NCBI GenBank assembly: GCA_965242695.1
Contig: CBDESU010000002.1
Coordinates: forward strand, 928,001 to 992,000
DNA from: Cenarchaeum sp.
GTDB taxonomy: Archaea; Thermoproteota; Nitrososphaeria; Nitrososphaerales; Nitrosopumilaceae
Reading direction: 5' to 3'
Length of the DNA stretch: 64,000 bases
Translations under genes and position numbers: made by a program
Notes under the pieces: generated by a model
Databases searched by the model: none
Seen by the model: only the letters and a program-made list of their open reading frames with translations
What the model was told of the DNA's origin: nothing
Shown: piece by piece, positions 31,435-40,607 of the stretch
Layout: every line of letters begins with the position of its first letter
How positions within the stretch are numbered: the first letter of the stretch is position 1

Positions 31435-32334
31435 ATGGACAAGAGGATTCTGTGGGCAGGAACAGTTGCTTTGGCATCCTCGGCAGCCTTTGTAGCGGGA
31501 GTCGTCTACGGCATGCCCATTGTGAGCGTAGAATCGCACTACGATTTGGACAGGACGGTTCACAGGCTGTTCTGGGAGATGAGGGAGTCCGACACGTACC
31601 TCACGCACCGCAACTACATGCTGCTAATGAGCGCCGACAGGGGCGGCGAGATGATCGCGCTGTATCCGAACGACCTAGACAACGGGTCTAGCAGTAGCGG
31701 CATGGGCTGGTCGCCAGAGAGCACATCCTATCGTGACTACTATCCAAACGGGACCAGGATCTACAGGGTGGTGGATTCCGAGGGGATCACGCTCAGGGAG
31801 ATCGCATTCCACGACGAGCGCGACAAGGTGGTCATGATGGCGATCATAGACTACAAAAAAGACTACCTTACTGCCTCGGAGCGGGACAGGATCAACAAGG
31901 AGTTCTATCCCGACGATCCGCACGACGAAGATCTGTCGGCGCGCGCCGGCCGCGCCGATGCCGAGGCGGCCCTGCACGGTAGCGCCTACGAGGTTGCCGC
32001 CCTGTCCGCAAAGCGGGATGCCCTGAGCGGGGAGGGCGCCCTCACCCCACAACGGGAAAAGTTCTACCAGTGGGCGTTTGAAAGGTACTCTGTGCCCAAC
32101 AGTACCGAGTCGATCGATCGGCGGCTGGTAGAGATTGTGGGCGATGCCGGCCCGCGCCAAGTGGAGCTGCTGGTGGGACGGGTAAACTCGGACGTCGACG
32201 CCGGCTTTGTTCCCGAGGGGGCGGACACTGCGGACGGGGAATTTTGGAGCAAGGTGAGGCTTTCCGCGCACTGCGACGCGACGCCGGGCTGCGACCTAGA
32301 TGTCGAGGCCATGGTCGACAGATCCCCGCCGTGA
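31435..32334 (+). CDS. family B partner protein fused to an extra copy of the family B pro-domain
   Basis: First about 158 aa match 26920..27426; remainder (TPQREKFYQWAFERY..DGEFWSK..TPGCD) matches the precursor interior. Confidence 0.75.
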   Translation: MDKRILWAGTVALASSAAFVAGVVYGMPIVSVESHYDLDRTVHRLFWEMRESDTYLTHRNYMLLMSADRGGEMIALYPNDLDNGSSSSGMGWSPESTSYRDYYPNGTRIYRVVDSEGITLREIAFHDERDKVVMMAIIDYKKDYLTASERDRINKEFYPDDPHDEDLSARAGRADAEAALHGSAYEVAALSAKRDALSGEGALTPQREKFYQWAFERYSVPNSTESIDRRLVEIVGDAGPRQVELLVGRVNSDVDAGFVPEGADTADGEFWSKVRLSAHCDATPGCDLDVEAMVDRSPP

Positions 32335-32407
32335 CCTGCGGGGCGGGCGGCTCGATCTATGACGACTACGGCGGCGGCCGGCCGGGAGGATATCCGGACG
32401 CCCAGCC

Positions 32408-33292
32408 CTAGCTCCCTGCCACATTCTCTGCGTCCTCTTTCTGCCCCGCCATGCCGCCATCCTCCGCCCGCCCTCCGGCCCAGCCGCAGCCGTCCTGCCC
32501 ACCAAGCCGCTCCATGGCCCGGCCGTACTTTTCAAAATAGCGGTCGGGATCCGCCTCCGTCTCGCCCTGCGGGCCGACCCCATACTCTTCGAGCTTCTGC
32601 ATGACCGTGCCGTATTCTGCGGCCAGCTCGCCCGCGCGCCGGCTGTCGTTGGCCGCGCCCATCTCCAGCGCTATCTCTGCGGACTCGACGAGCAGGGCGT
32701 TTCGGGCGCATTCGTACGCGTTTTCCGGCGTAATAAAGTCGATTGCCATTGCGACGTAGGCATCCCTCTGCTCCCGGCCCATGCTCTGGTATTCGTCGCC
32801 CTGCTTGAGCAGCTCTACGTACGCGCCCCCGCCTGCCACATCGATATCGCAGGCGCAGCCGTCCTCGCCGGACGGGCCGGGCGGCTCTGTGTCCGTACCT
32901 ACTGCTGCGGGACTCACCTTGCCCCGCCACGGGGGATCTTCGACGATGTGGCGGATTGGAACATGGCATGTCTGGCCTGAATACGATGTGCCTAAAACAT
33001 TCCAGCATGACAGCCCCGACACGCCGTTGCATTCTCTAGCACTGACATTCCAAAGTCCCCCCTTGCCCCTGCACCATTCGTCTATGCCAACAGAAACGCA
33101 GTTTTGCGGTTGTTGGAATGGCACCATGTCACAAAACGTGACTAGCCGCTCTGACGTCACATAGTAATGCTCGTTGTTTCCCCATGTCTTGTACAAATAC
33201 ACATGTGCCACAAAAATCGACGCTATGATTGCGACTGTTACCGCGATCCCGACTTTTTTTCTAAAAAGAAAATGGGAGTTAGAAGTTGACAT
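32408..33292 (-). CDS. TM-anchored Cys-rich partner of precursor C1, fused to a GC-richer helical domain
   Basis: Overlaps the C1 stop; TM near the N-terminus; 6 Cys; GC rises below about 32940. Confidence 0.65.
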   Translation of the reverse strand: MSTSNSHFLFRKKVGIAVTVAIIASIFVAHVYLYKTWGNNEHYYVTSERLVTFCDMVPFQQPQNCVSVGIDEWCRGKGGLWNVSARECNGVSGLSCWNVLGTSYSGQTCHVPIRHIVEDPPWRGKVSPAAVGTDTEPPGPSGEDGCACDIDVAGGGAYVELLKQGDEYQSMGREQRDAYVAMAIDFITPENAYECARNALLVESAEIALEMGAANDSRRAGELAAEYGTVMQKLEEYGVGPQGETEADPDRYFEKYGRAMERLGGQDGCGWAGGRAEDGGMAGQKEDAENVAGS

Positions 33293-34151
33293 GCCACCAC
33301 GCAACGTACGCACCCCACCAATATGCTGGCCAGCCATATGCTAGAATTTCTGGATTCGGCTCGGGACTTTGTGTGTTGTGCCTCCAATAACTTCCGGTTT
33401 GGAAGACTACCTCCTGGCTTCTCATTTCACCGCTATCGCAATGGTACGCAGTTGTAGTTTTTGCAAAGTCGTTCCCATAGTTTCCTGATGCGTACAGCGG
33501 AACCTGGTGGTAACCGTTGTTTATCAAGTATCTTTCTGCAGCAAATTCAGTAGCGAACCATCGCTTTGGGATCACCTCGGGAACTGGATGAGGGTGTTGA
33601 AAACCACCATTACATGCTATGGCAGATGACCCTGATCCGTGTCTTACTTCCTGTAGCCCGTCTGCTAATATTTTCTGCACGAAAATTGGCGATACGGTCG
33701 TATATTCGTACAGTACCGGCATGATGTCGTTTACGCGTCCTGTTGATCCGGCACCAATGCCAAACAAGGCGCTGAATTTTCCCCCCTCAAGTTCTTGCAC
33801 CGCCCTCTTGAGCTCAAGATTATCCGCCTCCAGTTCATTTGTTTGGGCCACATGGCCAAATGTTGCGCTTATAATGTCATTGTTATGAACGGCAAACTCT
33901 AACGCTATCTCCATGTCTAGATCCGACACGGAACTGTCCCTCATAGCGTTGACGGTGTCGAATGAAATGCTTTTGTTCTTGTTATATACGACATACTCTT
34001 CCATGACCGCAAAGGAGTGTTCGATGTCGTCAAGCGCGTACGGTACGTGCGCCTCGGAGTGGCTGCCTTGTGCATGCGCGATGCTGATCCCATGAGGGAT
34101 CAGCAACGCAGTCACAATCGCTGCAAGCAACATGTCCGTTTTCTTGTTCAT
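33279..34151 (-). CDS. secreted precursor, family C copy 1 (Trp-rich C-terminus)
   Basis: Signal peptide ..AHA-Q; ends PEPNPEILAYGWPAYWWGAYVAWWH; low GC; paralog at 38654. Confidence 0.8.
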   Translation of the reverse strand: MNKKTDMLLAAIVTALLIPHGISIAHAQGSHSEAHVPYALDDIEHSFAVMEEYVVYNKNKSISFDTVNAMRDSSVSDLDMEIALEFAVHNNDIISATFGHVAQTNELEADNLELKRAVQELEGGKFSALFGIGAGSTGRVNDIMPVLYEYTTVSPIFVQKILADGLQEVRHGSGSSAIACNGGFQHPHPVPEVIPKRWFATEFAAERYLINNGYHQVPLYASGNYGNDFAKTTTAYHCDSGEMRSQEVVFQTGSYWRHNTQSPEPNPEILAYGWPAYWWGAYVAWWHVNF

Positions 34152-34172
34152 TGCAGGCGCCACGCCCCCTCA

Positions 34173-34209
34173 TTATATAAGCAAGCCCTGCCAAATTTGG
34201 AGTGCCTAG
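34173..34209 (-). promoter_or_regulatory. CTAGGCACTCC-N18-TTATATAA promoter
   Basis: Motif 34199-34209, TATA 34173-34180; extra CTAGGCGTCA copies near 34270 and 34312. Confidence 0.75.
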
Positions 34210-34665
34210 CGTAGATTCTGAACCCGTGCACCAGAGTGCCTCCGCACACTCTGTCATGAATGCCAAATTTGACGCCTAGTAATGTGATCGCAGTGAACCG
34301 ATTCTGCCGCCTGACGCCTAGGTCGGGCCAAATCGGGCCGGATGATGCCTATTGGCTCATTTTTTTGGCTCAGTAGGCAGTAGGGGCGCGCTTAGCAAGC
34401 GAAGATCAAGGGCGGTGGCGCGGCGATGCGGACGGTTCCGCTTCGCGCGGAGAGGCCTGGCACGGGCGCCATGCCGCGTTGCAAGCCTGGCGGCAGGGGT
34501 GGATGCGAGGACTCTGATAACCTAGTGCCGGCGGCACTTGATCGTGTGCAGCACGGCACAGCCGGATTCTGGGAGGCGGCCGGCAAGGGCAGGTCCCGAC
34601 GGCGACCGTGGCACGTAGACACAGCTCCCATCTTTTATATTGTAGATACGGCGGCTAGGGAAAAG

Positions 34666-35127
34666 ATGAGAACGACTGCCGTCATACTAACCTTGCTGCT
34701 AGCCGCATCTGCATCGGCCAACGCGATTTTCATCCTCTCTGACTACCTCGGAGATTCCGAGCAGGGTGATTATACATCTGCCCCTGTCTATGATGCCATG
34801 TTCCGCGGCATGCCTATGGGTGTCCAAGACAGACCCGCAGGAGGCGAGACGGTCACGTTTCAGATTCTCAAGGTCATAGATCAACATCCTGCTGTCAAGG
34901 GGTTGGATCTCGACAACCGCGACTTGATCGACGTGGTTTCCGACGACCGCCACCCGCATTGCTTTCTTGACTTTGAGCTGGGCACGACTTACACCGTGTA
35001 TTCCCGGCTTGAGGGCGGGCTTCTCGTGACAGACGCATGCTGGGGAACGCACCCCTACCGCAATATGGGATCAACTACTAGAGATCACTCGATATACCCG
35101 CTACCCTGGGATGCGCCCCTGCCTTGA
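34666..35127 (+). CDS. exported protein with TIMP/NTR-like OB-fold pattern
   Basis: Signal peptide; FRG, TFQILK, C.LDFELGTTYTVY...DAC.GT pattern; TTTTATA upstream. Confidence 0.5.
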   Translation: MRTTAVILTLLLAASASANAIFILSDYLGDSEQGDYTSAPVYDAMFRGMPMGVQDRPAGGETVTFQILKVIDQHPAVKGLDLDNRDLIDVVSDDRHPHCFLDFELGTTYTVYSRLEGGLLVTDACWGTHPYRNMGSTTRDHSIYPLPWDAPLP

Positions 35128-35533
35128 ATGTGGCGATGCACTAGCCGCGCCCCGCCGGTCAGGCATGCCTTGGGGCTGCCACCCATGGCCACGCCGAAGA
35201 ATTTTTGCGATGCGGGGCTGCGCGGCTCGCGGTTGACATGTCACGGTGGCCCGCAGCCGTCGGCCGCCGTCTGGGCTGCCCTTTCAGGCCTTGACGGGGC
35301 GAGCAGGACTCCACTGGCCCTGCGCGACTATGGCCCGCCCCTCGTGCCCCTACCGGCAGCTAGGCGCCCCGCCCCTCCGCGATCTTTCTCGAGCCGGACC
35401 GCACCACGCCGACAGGGTGCATTCTCCACGGCATCTGCCCTTGCTACGAGCATGCCTGCAAGTGCCAACAGCGGGCCCGCACGCCGTCCAATCCCCGCCA
35501 ATGATTTTATTGCCCGCCCAATGGGCGCGGGGC

Positions 35534-36844
35534 GTGCAGTTCAGGCTCAAGATCGTCGCCATGGTGGGCGTCCAGGTCACCATGATCATAGCGAGCTTTG
35601 TCATTATAGTGCACTTTGAGTCTCAAACCGCGATGGCCGGCAACGTGGTCAACGTGGCGGGCAAGAACAGGGCCTTGACGATCACGGTGCAGGCCGAAAT
35701 TCACAAGGCGCTGCTGTACGAGGGCGGCGGCCCGGGCGGCGGCAGCTACGGCGGAGTCGCGGCGGCGCTCGACGACTTGGAGGACAACATACTGTTCCTG
35801 AGGAATGGCGGCTCGAGGGACGGCATCTCGATTGCCCCCCTGGCGGACAGGTTCGGGGCCGACTGGGCCGCACTGCATGACAAGTTCGCGGAATACCGCG
35901 ACACGGTCGCATCCCTCGACCCGTCCGGCGCCGAGCCGGCGGGCCTCGTGATCGGCGGCTTGGACGAGACGAGCGCCGAGCTGGTGGCGCTGTCCGACGC
36001 GCTTACGGGCAAGCTGGGGAGGGACGTCGACGATCTGTCCATGAACCTGGTGAGGCTGCAGACCGCGCTCGGACTTGGCAACGTCGTCCTGCACCTGCTG
36101 ATGATCGCGTTCATCCTTAGGACGTTCAGCCGCCACGCAGATCAGATGGTGAGGGCCGGGAGGCTGGCAGCCGTGGGCGAGCTGGCATCCACCGTGGCCC
36201 ACGACATGAAGAACCCCCTCGGGACGATCGCAAACGCGGCCGCCGCCGTCAGGAAAAACGCGGGCGGGGGCGGAAAGGGATCCACGGCGACGGTGGGGGC
36301 GGCCCTGGACCTGATAGACCGCTCCGTGATGCGCATGTCGCACCAGATCGACGGCGTGCTCAGCCACGCCCGTGCGGTTCCCCTGGCAGTGGAGGCCGCG
36401 TCCGTCCGCGGCATGCTGGAAGGCGCGCTGTACTCGCTTCAGGTGCCCGGCAACGTGTCGGTGTCCCTGCCGGACGGCGATGCCAGCATAGCCTGCGACA
36501 GCGCCAAGATGGAGTTTGTCTTTTCCAACATCCTGCTCAACGCCATCCAGGCGATGGGCGAGGGCGGGGGGAGCATAGGGGTGCGGCTGGAGCCTGGCGG
36601 GGACGGCGGGATCGCCCTGCACTTCGCCAACTCGGGGCCGCCCATACGGGAGGCGGACATAGGCATGGTGTTCGAGCCCCTCTTCACGACGAAGATGCGG
36701 GGGACCGGCCTGGGCCTGACCAGCTGCAGAAATATAGTGGGGCAGCACGGCGGGAGCATGAGCGCCCGCAACGGCCCGGTCACGTTCACGGTGAGGCTCC
36801 CCGGCGGGAAGCGGGACGGCGGCAACGGCGGGGATGGCGAATGA
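35534..36844 (+). CDS. sensor histidine kinase with NarX/PilJ-like sensor domain
   Basis: VNVAGKNR P-box-like motif, 2 TM, AHDMKNPL, NILLNAIQA, FEPLFTTK..GTGLGL. Confidence 0.9.
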   Translation: MQFRLKIVAMVGVQVTMIIASFVIIVHFESQTAMAGNVVNVAGKNRALTITVQAEIHKALLYEGGGPGGGSYGGVAAALDDLEDNILFLRNGGSRDGISIAPLADRFGADWAALHDKFAEYRDTVASLDPSGAEPAGLVIGGLDETSAELVALSDALTGKLGRDVDDLSMNLVRLQTALGLGNVVLHLLMIAFILRTFSRHADQMVRAGRLAAVGELASTVAHDMKNPLGTIANAAAAVRKNAGGGGKGSTATVGAALDLIDRSVMRMSHQIDGVLSHARAVPLAVEAASVRGMLEGALYSLQVPGNVSVSLPDGDASIACDSAKMEFVFSNILLNAIQAMGEGGGSIGVRLEPGGDGGIALHFANSGPPIREADIGMVFEPLFTTKMRGTGLGLTSCRNIVGQHGGSMSARNGPVTFTVRLPGGKRDGGNGGDGE

Positions 36845-37209
36845 CGGACCCCAAGAAGATACTGGTGGTCGACGACGACCAGGACTTTCGGGAGTCCATC
36901 CAGATGATCCTGATCGAGGAGGGACACGAGACGCTGGCGGCCGCGGACGGAGTGGAGGCGGTGCGCCTGTACGAAGAGGCCAAGCCGGATCTCGTGCTGC
37001 TCGACCACCGGATGCCGGGCATAGACGGCCACGAGACCCTTACCCGGATCATCAAGGTCGATCCCGATGCGAGGGTGATCATCACCTCCGCCTACGCCAT
37101 CGACGAGAACGCGCGCCGCGCCGCGGAGGACAAATCCCTCAGGTCGCTGCTAGGCAAGCCCATCGCCCTGGAGGACCTGAGGGACGCGATCGAGCGCCAC
37201 GCCAGATGA
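36841..37209 (+). CDS. single-domain response regulator
   Basis: ILVVDDD, PDLVLLD..MPGIDG, KP; ATGA-coupled to the kinase. Confidence 0.93.
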   Translation: MTDPKKILVVDDDQDFRESIQMILIEEGHETLAAADGVEAVRLYEEAKPDLVLLDHRMPGIDGHETLTRIIKVDPDARVIITSAYAIDENARRAAEDKSLRSLLGKPIALEDLRDAIERHAR

Positions 37210-38061
37210 CGTTCCCCGCAGGGCGTCGAGGCTCCCCGAAACGGCGCGCAGCCCGCCCTTGTAGTGGGACACGGCCTCTGCCAGGAACTTCCCGTACCAC
37301 TCCGACAGCTCCCCGTCCGAGCGCATCGCGTCCAGCACACTGCGCCGCCTGTCGCCTGCGTCCCGCGCGCCCTCTGGCGTGCGACACAGCAGGAACGTGT
37401 AGTACCAGTACGACAGCTGCTCAGCCAGCTCGGACTCGGAGATCGACTCGTACCACCTGTGGTACCTTGCGCCCAGGAACAGCATTATTTCGTGCAGGGG
37501 GGCGCTGTCGCCGCCGCCCTGCCCGTCGAGCAGTATTCCCTTGGCGAGGACCTTTAGGGGGGTGTATGCGCTATCGCCCAGTGCCCCCTTGAGGGTGTCC
37601 ATTCTCCCGAACACGCGAGGGACGATGCCGGCGTACGCCGCCGCCACGCGATCCATCTCGCCGCCCGACGGGGACATTACGTCCATGCAGTACAGCATGC
37701 CGTGGATCGAGAGGCGGTACCTGCTGTGCCCCTCGTCGCCCTCTCTTACTACCAGGCCCGTGTCGAGCATCCCGCCGGTGTGCCTTCTTGCGTCGTGCCT
37801 CCCTGCGAACAGCCGGCGGTATTCTTTTTCCTTGGCCCTGACCTGCGTCATGCCCTTGCTTCGGAGCGTAATCTTGGCCGCTTCCCATGTGGTGCAGGCG
37901 CCGTTTACAAACAGGGCATGCAGTATGTCATGCATACTCTGCTGGTGTATTGTCCTGGGACCCGCATAGCCCCCGTACAGCCGGTGCGCTGCCGGCCGCG
38001 TGCAGTGCTTGTACGACGACAGGTTGCCGTATATGGCGCCAGTGCCTGGTGGATCGGACAC
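37150..38061 (-). CDS. hypothetical protein, possible winged-helix DNA-binding protein
   Basis: ILHAL..NG.CTTWE.AK and GLV...YRLSIHG wing-like pattern. Confidence 0.6.
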   Translation of the reverse strand: MSDPPGTGAIYGNLSSYKHCTRPAAHRLYGGYAGPRTIHQQSMHDILHALFVNGACTTWEAAKITLRSKGMTQVRAKEKEYRRLFAGRHDARRHTGGMLDTGLVVREGDEGHSRYRLSIHGMLYCMDVMSPSGGEMDRVAAAYAGIVPRVFGRMDTLKGALGDSAYTPLKVLAKGILLDGQGGGDSAPLHEIMLFLGARYHRWYESISESELAEQLSYWYYTFLLCRTPEGARDAGDRRRSVLDAMRSDGELSEWYGKFLAEAVSHYKGGLRAVSGSLDALRGTSSGVALDRVPQVLQGDGLA

Positions 38062-38401
38062 GCGTGCCGTGGCCGCCCCCGACTATATCATTGTTGTGCT
38101 AGGGGCGGCGTGCCATTCACGCCCGCCGGTAGGATTGGCCCCGTCACGCCCGCCGCGCAATATCGCGCCTCGCACTCCATGCGTCCTCCGGCCCTGACCT
38201 GGCGGGGGAGACGCCGTCCCCGCCGCCGCACACGCCTCGCACTACGCGCCGCCGCACAGCAGGCAGCGCGCCGCACTGATGCCCTCCGGATGCTGCCCCG
38301 CCGCATCGCTTGTGCGCTCGGCAGGCATCCGACGCGATCTGCGTGCGGCCCGGAATTTGACTCTAGATGCTGGCATGTTGGTGTGGCACCCCCTGTCCTG
38401 T

Positions 38402-38594
38402 CGCCTAGGCCGGCTGGCAGCCTGCCCTCCCGGCGGAACCCGCCTAGCCCTCTCGCTCTACGGGGGCCTCGCCAACGCCCCTGTCCGCCTAGGCCGGCTG
38501 GCAGCCTGCCCTCCCGGCGGAACCCGCCTAGCCCTCTCGCTCTACGGGGGCCTCGCCAACGCCCCTGTCCGCCTAGGCCGGCTGGCAGCCTGCC
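38402..38594. repeat. 84-bp tandem repeat, about 2.3 copies
   Basis: CCTAGGCCGGCTGGCAGCCTGCCC starts at 38404, 38488, 38572. Confidence 0.9.
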
Positions 38595-38596
38595 CC

Positions 38597-38633
38597 CTAG
38601 GCACTCCGTACCCGTGTGCGCCTGGCTATATAA
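38597..38633 (+). promoter_or_regulatory. CTAGGCACTCC-N18-CTATATAA promoter
   Basis: Motif 38597-38607, TATA 38626-38633. Confidence 0.75.
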
Positions 38634-38653
38634 CACGGGGGCCTAGCGCTGCC

Positions 38654-39553
38654 ATGACAGGAAAAACAGGCATGCTGCTTGCAGCAGCTGCGATCGCCTC
38701 GCTGCTCCCCGTGGTTGCCGCCGGCGCCCATGCGCAGGCCGGGCCCGGGGGAGTGGTGCAGGCGCCCTACTCGATCGAGGACATCGCGCACTCCTTTGCC
38801 GTCATGGAGGACCACGTCGTCTATGACAGCGACAAGAACATCGCGTTCGACACCGCCGGAGCCCTACGGGATGCCTCCGTGTCCCAGAAGGACGTGGACA
38901 TCGCGCTAGACTTTGCAGCGCACAGCAACTCCATAGTGAATGCAGCCATGGGCCCCGTTGCACAGGCAAACGAGGCGGAAGGCGGCAATGCGGAGCTTGC
39001 AAGGGCGGTGCAAAGTCTAGAGGAGGGCAGGTTCCGGCTCCTCTTCGCCGATGATGCGGGCCCCGTGACCGTCAATAACGCGCTGCCGGGGCTCGCGCAG
39101 CCGGCGATGCTCTTGTCGCCGCATGAGGCGCCGTGGGTGGACACGCATGCGCCAAGGCGCGGCGGGCAAAACCCCCTTACCGTGTGCGGTGGAGGGGGCA
39201 TGTCCAACCCGCACCCTTGGGGGACGCCAGCCTCGTACCCGCCGGAAACTGAGCGAGCATTTCCCAGCATACGCGACGGGCTGTCCTGGGTGAGGGGGCA
39301 GGGATACCACCAAGTGCCGTTCTATGCGACGCACAATTTACCGTGGGACTATGCACGCGTCGACACTTCGGCGCCTGGTGGTTGCAACTCCGGGCCGTTC
39401 AGGGAGCAAGCGATACTGGTCACAACGAGTCTGCGCTTCTACACACAACACGACGAGCCGAATCCCGAGCTGTTGAGCTATGTATGGCCCCGTCTGTGGT
39501 GGGGCGCATACACGCTCTGGTGGCACGACACCAACGGCGGCACACAATCATAG
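38654..39553 (+). CDS. secreted precursor, family C copy 2
   Basis: PYSIEDIAHSFAVME and EPNPELLSYVWPRLWWGAYTLWWH align with C1. Confidence 0.8.
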   Translation: MTGKTGMLLAAAAIASLLPVVAAGAHAQAGPGGVVQAPYSIEDIAHSFAVMEDHVVYDSDKNIAFDTAGALRDASVSQKDVDIALDFAAHSNSIVNAAMGPVAQANEAEGGNAELARAVQSLEEGRFRLLFADDAGPVTVNNALPGLAQPAMLLSPHEAPWVDTHAPRRGGQNPLTVCGGGGMSNPHPWGTPASYPPETERAFPSIRDGLSWVRGQGYHQVPFYATHNLPWDYARVDTSAPGGCNSGPFREQAILVTTSLRFYTQHDEPNPELLSYVWPRLWWGAYTLWWHDTNGGTQS

Positions 39554-39563
39554 GAGCGGAGCA

Positions 39564-39956
39564 ATGACTATGAATATTTTTTTGCGGATCATACTGGGCG
39601 TGTGCATAGCAATTGCCGTCCTGCTTGTGGTCGGCGTTGTCCTCATGTACACCCTGTTCACCTACTTTCCGGAGGGCCTCGCGCCATACAGAGAGGAGTT
39701 TATGGGCCTTGACGAGGTCAAGGCCCTGTACCGCGCCTATCCCACGGCCGGGCCGGACTATGGATCTAGCTCCCGTCTAATGTACACTGCCATATCCGAA
39801 GACAGAAGCGGAAGGATAGATCTCGAAGTATTGCACAAGCCCCACAGCTTTGAGGTGATCGGGATGCGCCTTGCGTGCTGGGGGAACGGCGACACTCCCA
39901 TCTGGTCCGTGGATGAAGACATCCTGCACCACATAGAGAACAGGCGCTGCTTCTGA
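39564..39956 (+). CDS. TM-anchored partner of C2 (family D, putative immunity)
   Basis: 10 nt after the C2 stop, GGAG upstream; N-terminal TM; LDEVKAL..AYP, 2 Cys. Confidence 0.75.
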   Translation: MTMNIFLRIILGVCIAIAVLLVVGVVLMYTLFTYFPEGLAPYREEFMGLDEVKALYRAYPTAGPDYGSSSRLMYTAISEDRSGRIDLEVLHKPHSFEVIGMRLACWGNGDTPIWSVDEDILHHIENRRCF

Positions 39957-40220
39957 GCGGCGCGCGCCGGGGCGACAGCTTGATGCGCTTGCCGGGCCCG
40001 CCTCGGCCCAAGGCGGCTAATCTCGCCTGCCCACGCACGGCCCGCTCGGTAGCACGGCGCGCATCGGACTGCGTGAATACGAGGTTCTGCCCTACGCTCG
40101 GACGGCATCCGAGCCAAACGGCATATATGCCCCCGCCCGCCCGTGGCGGCATGGCGGAGAGCGCCCCCGGCCGGCATGTCGCTGGAGGCGCGAGGCCCTC
40201 GTAAGGGCAGTGCGATTGCC

Positions 40221-40607
40221 ATGGGCGCTTTTTCGATCGTTGCCGTGGGGGGCGTCATAGCGCTCGTTGTCCTGCTTGTGGCCGCCGTCGCGCTCATGTA
40301 CAGCACGCACTTTTACTTTCCGTGGGGCCACGAGCCGTACGCGGAGGGGTTTATGGATCTTGACGAGGTCAAGGCCCTGCACCGCGCCTATCCCACGGCC
40401 GAGCCGGACGTTGAGTCCGGCGGCTACGTAATGTACACTGCCATATCCGAAGACTGGAGCGGGAGGATAGATCTCGTAATACAGCACAAGCGCCACACCT
40501 TCGACGTGCTCGGGATGCGCCTTACGTGCTGGGGCGACGGCGACACTCCCGTCTGGTCCGTGGAAGAGGACATCCTGCACCACATAGAGAGCAGGCGCTG
40601 CTTCTGA
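40221..40607 (+). CDS. orphan paralog of the family D partner
   Basis: Shares LDEVKAL, MYTAISED.SGRIDL, GMRL.CWG, EDILHHIE.RRCF with 39564..39956. Confidence 0.75.
   Translation: MGAFSIVAVGGVIALVVLLVAAVALMYSTHFYFPWGHEPYAEGFMDLDEVKALHRAYPTAEPDVESGGYVMYTAISEDWSGRIDLVIQHKRHTFDVLGMRLTCWGDGDTPVWSVEEDILHHIESRRCF

Noticed and set aside
38330-38400. tRNA-like element
   Set aside because: No cloverleaf or GTTCRA T-loop could be built
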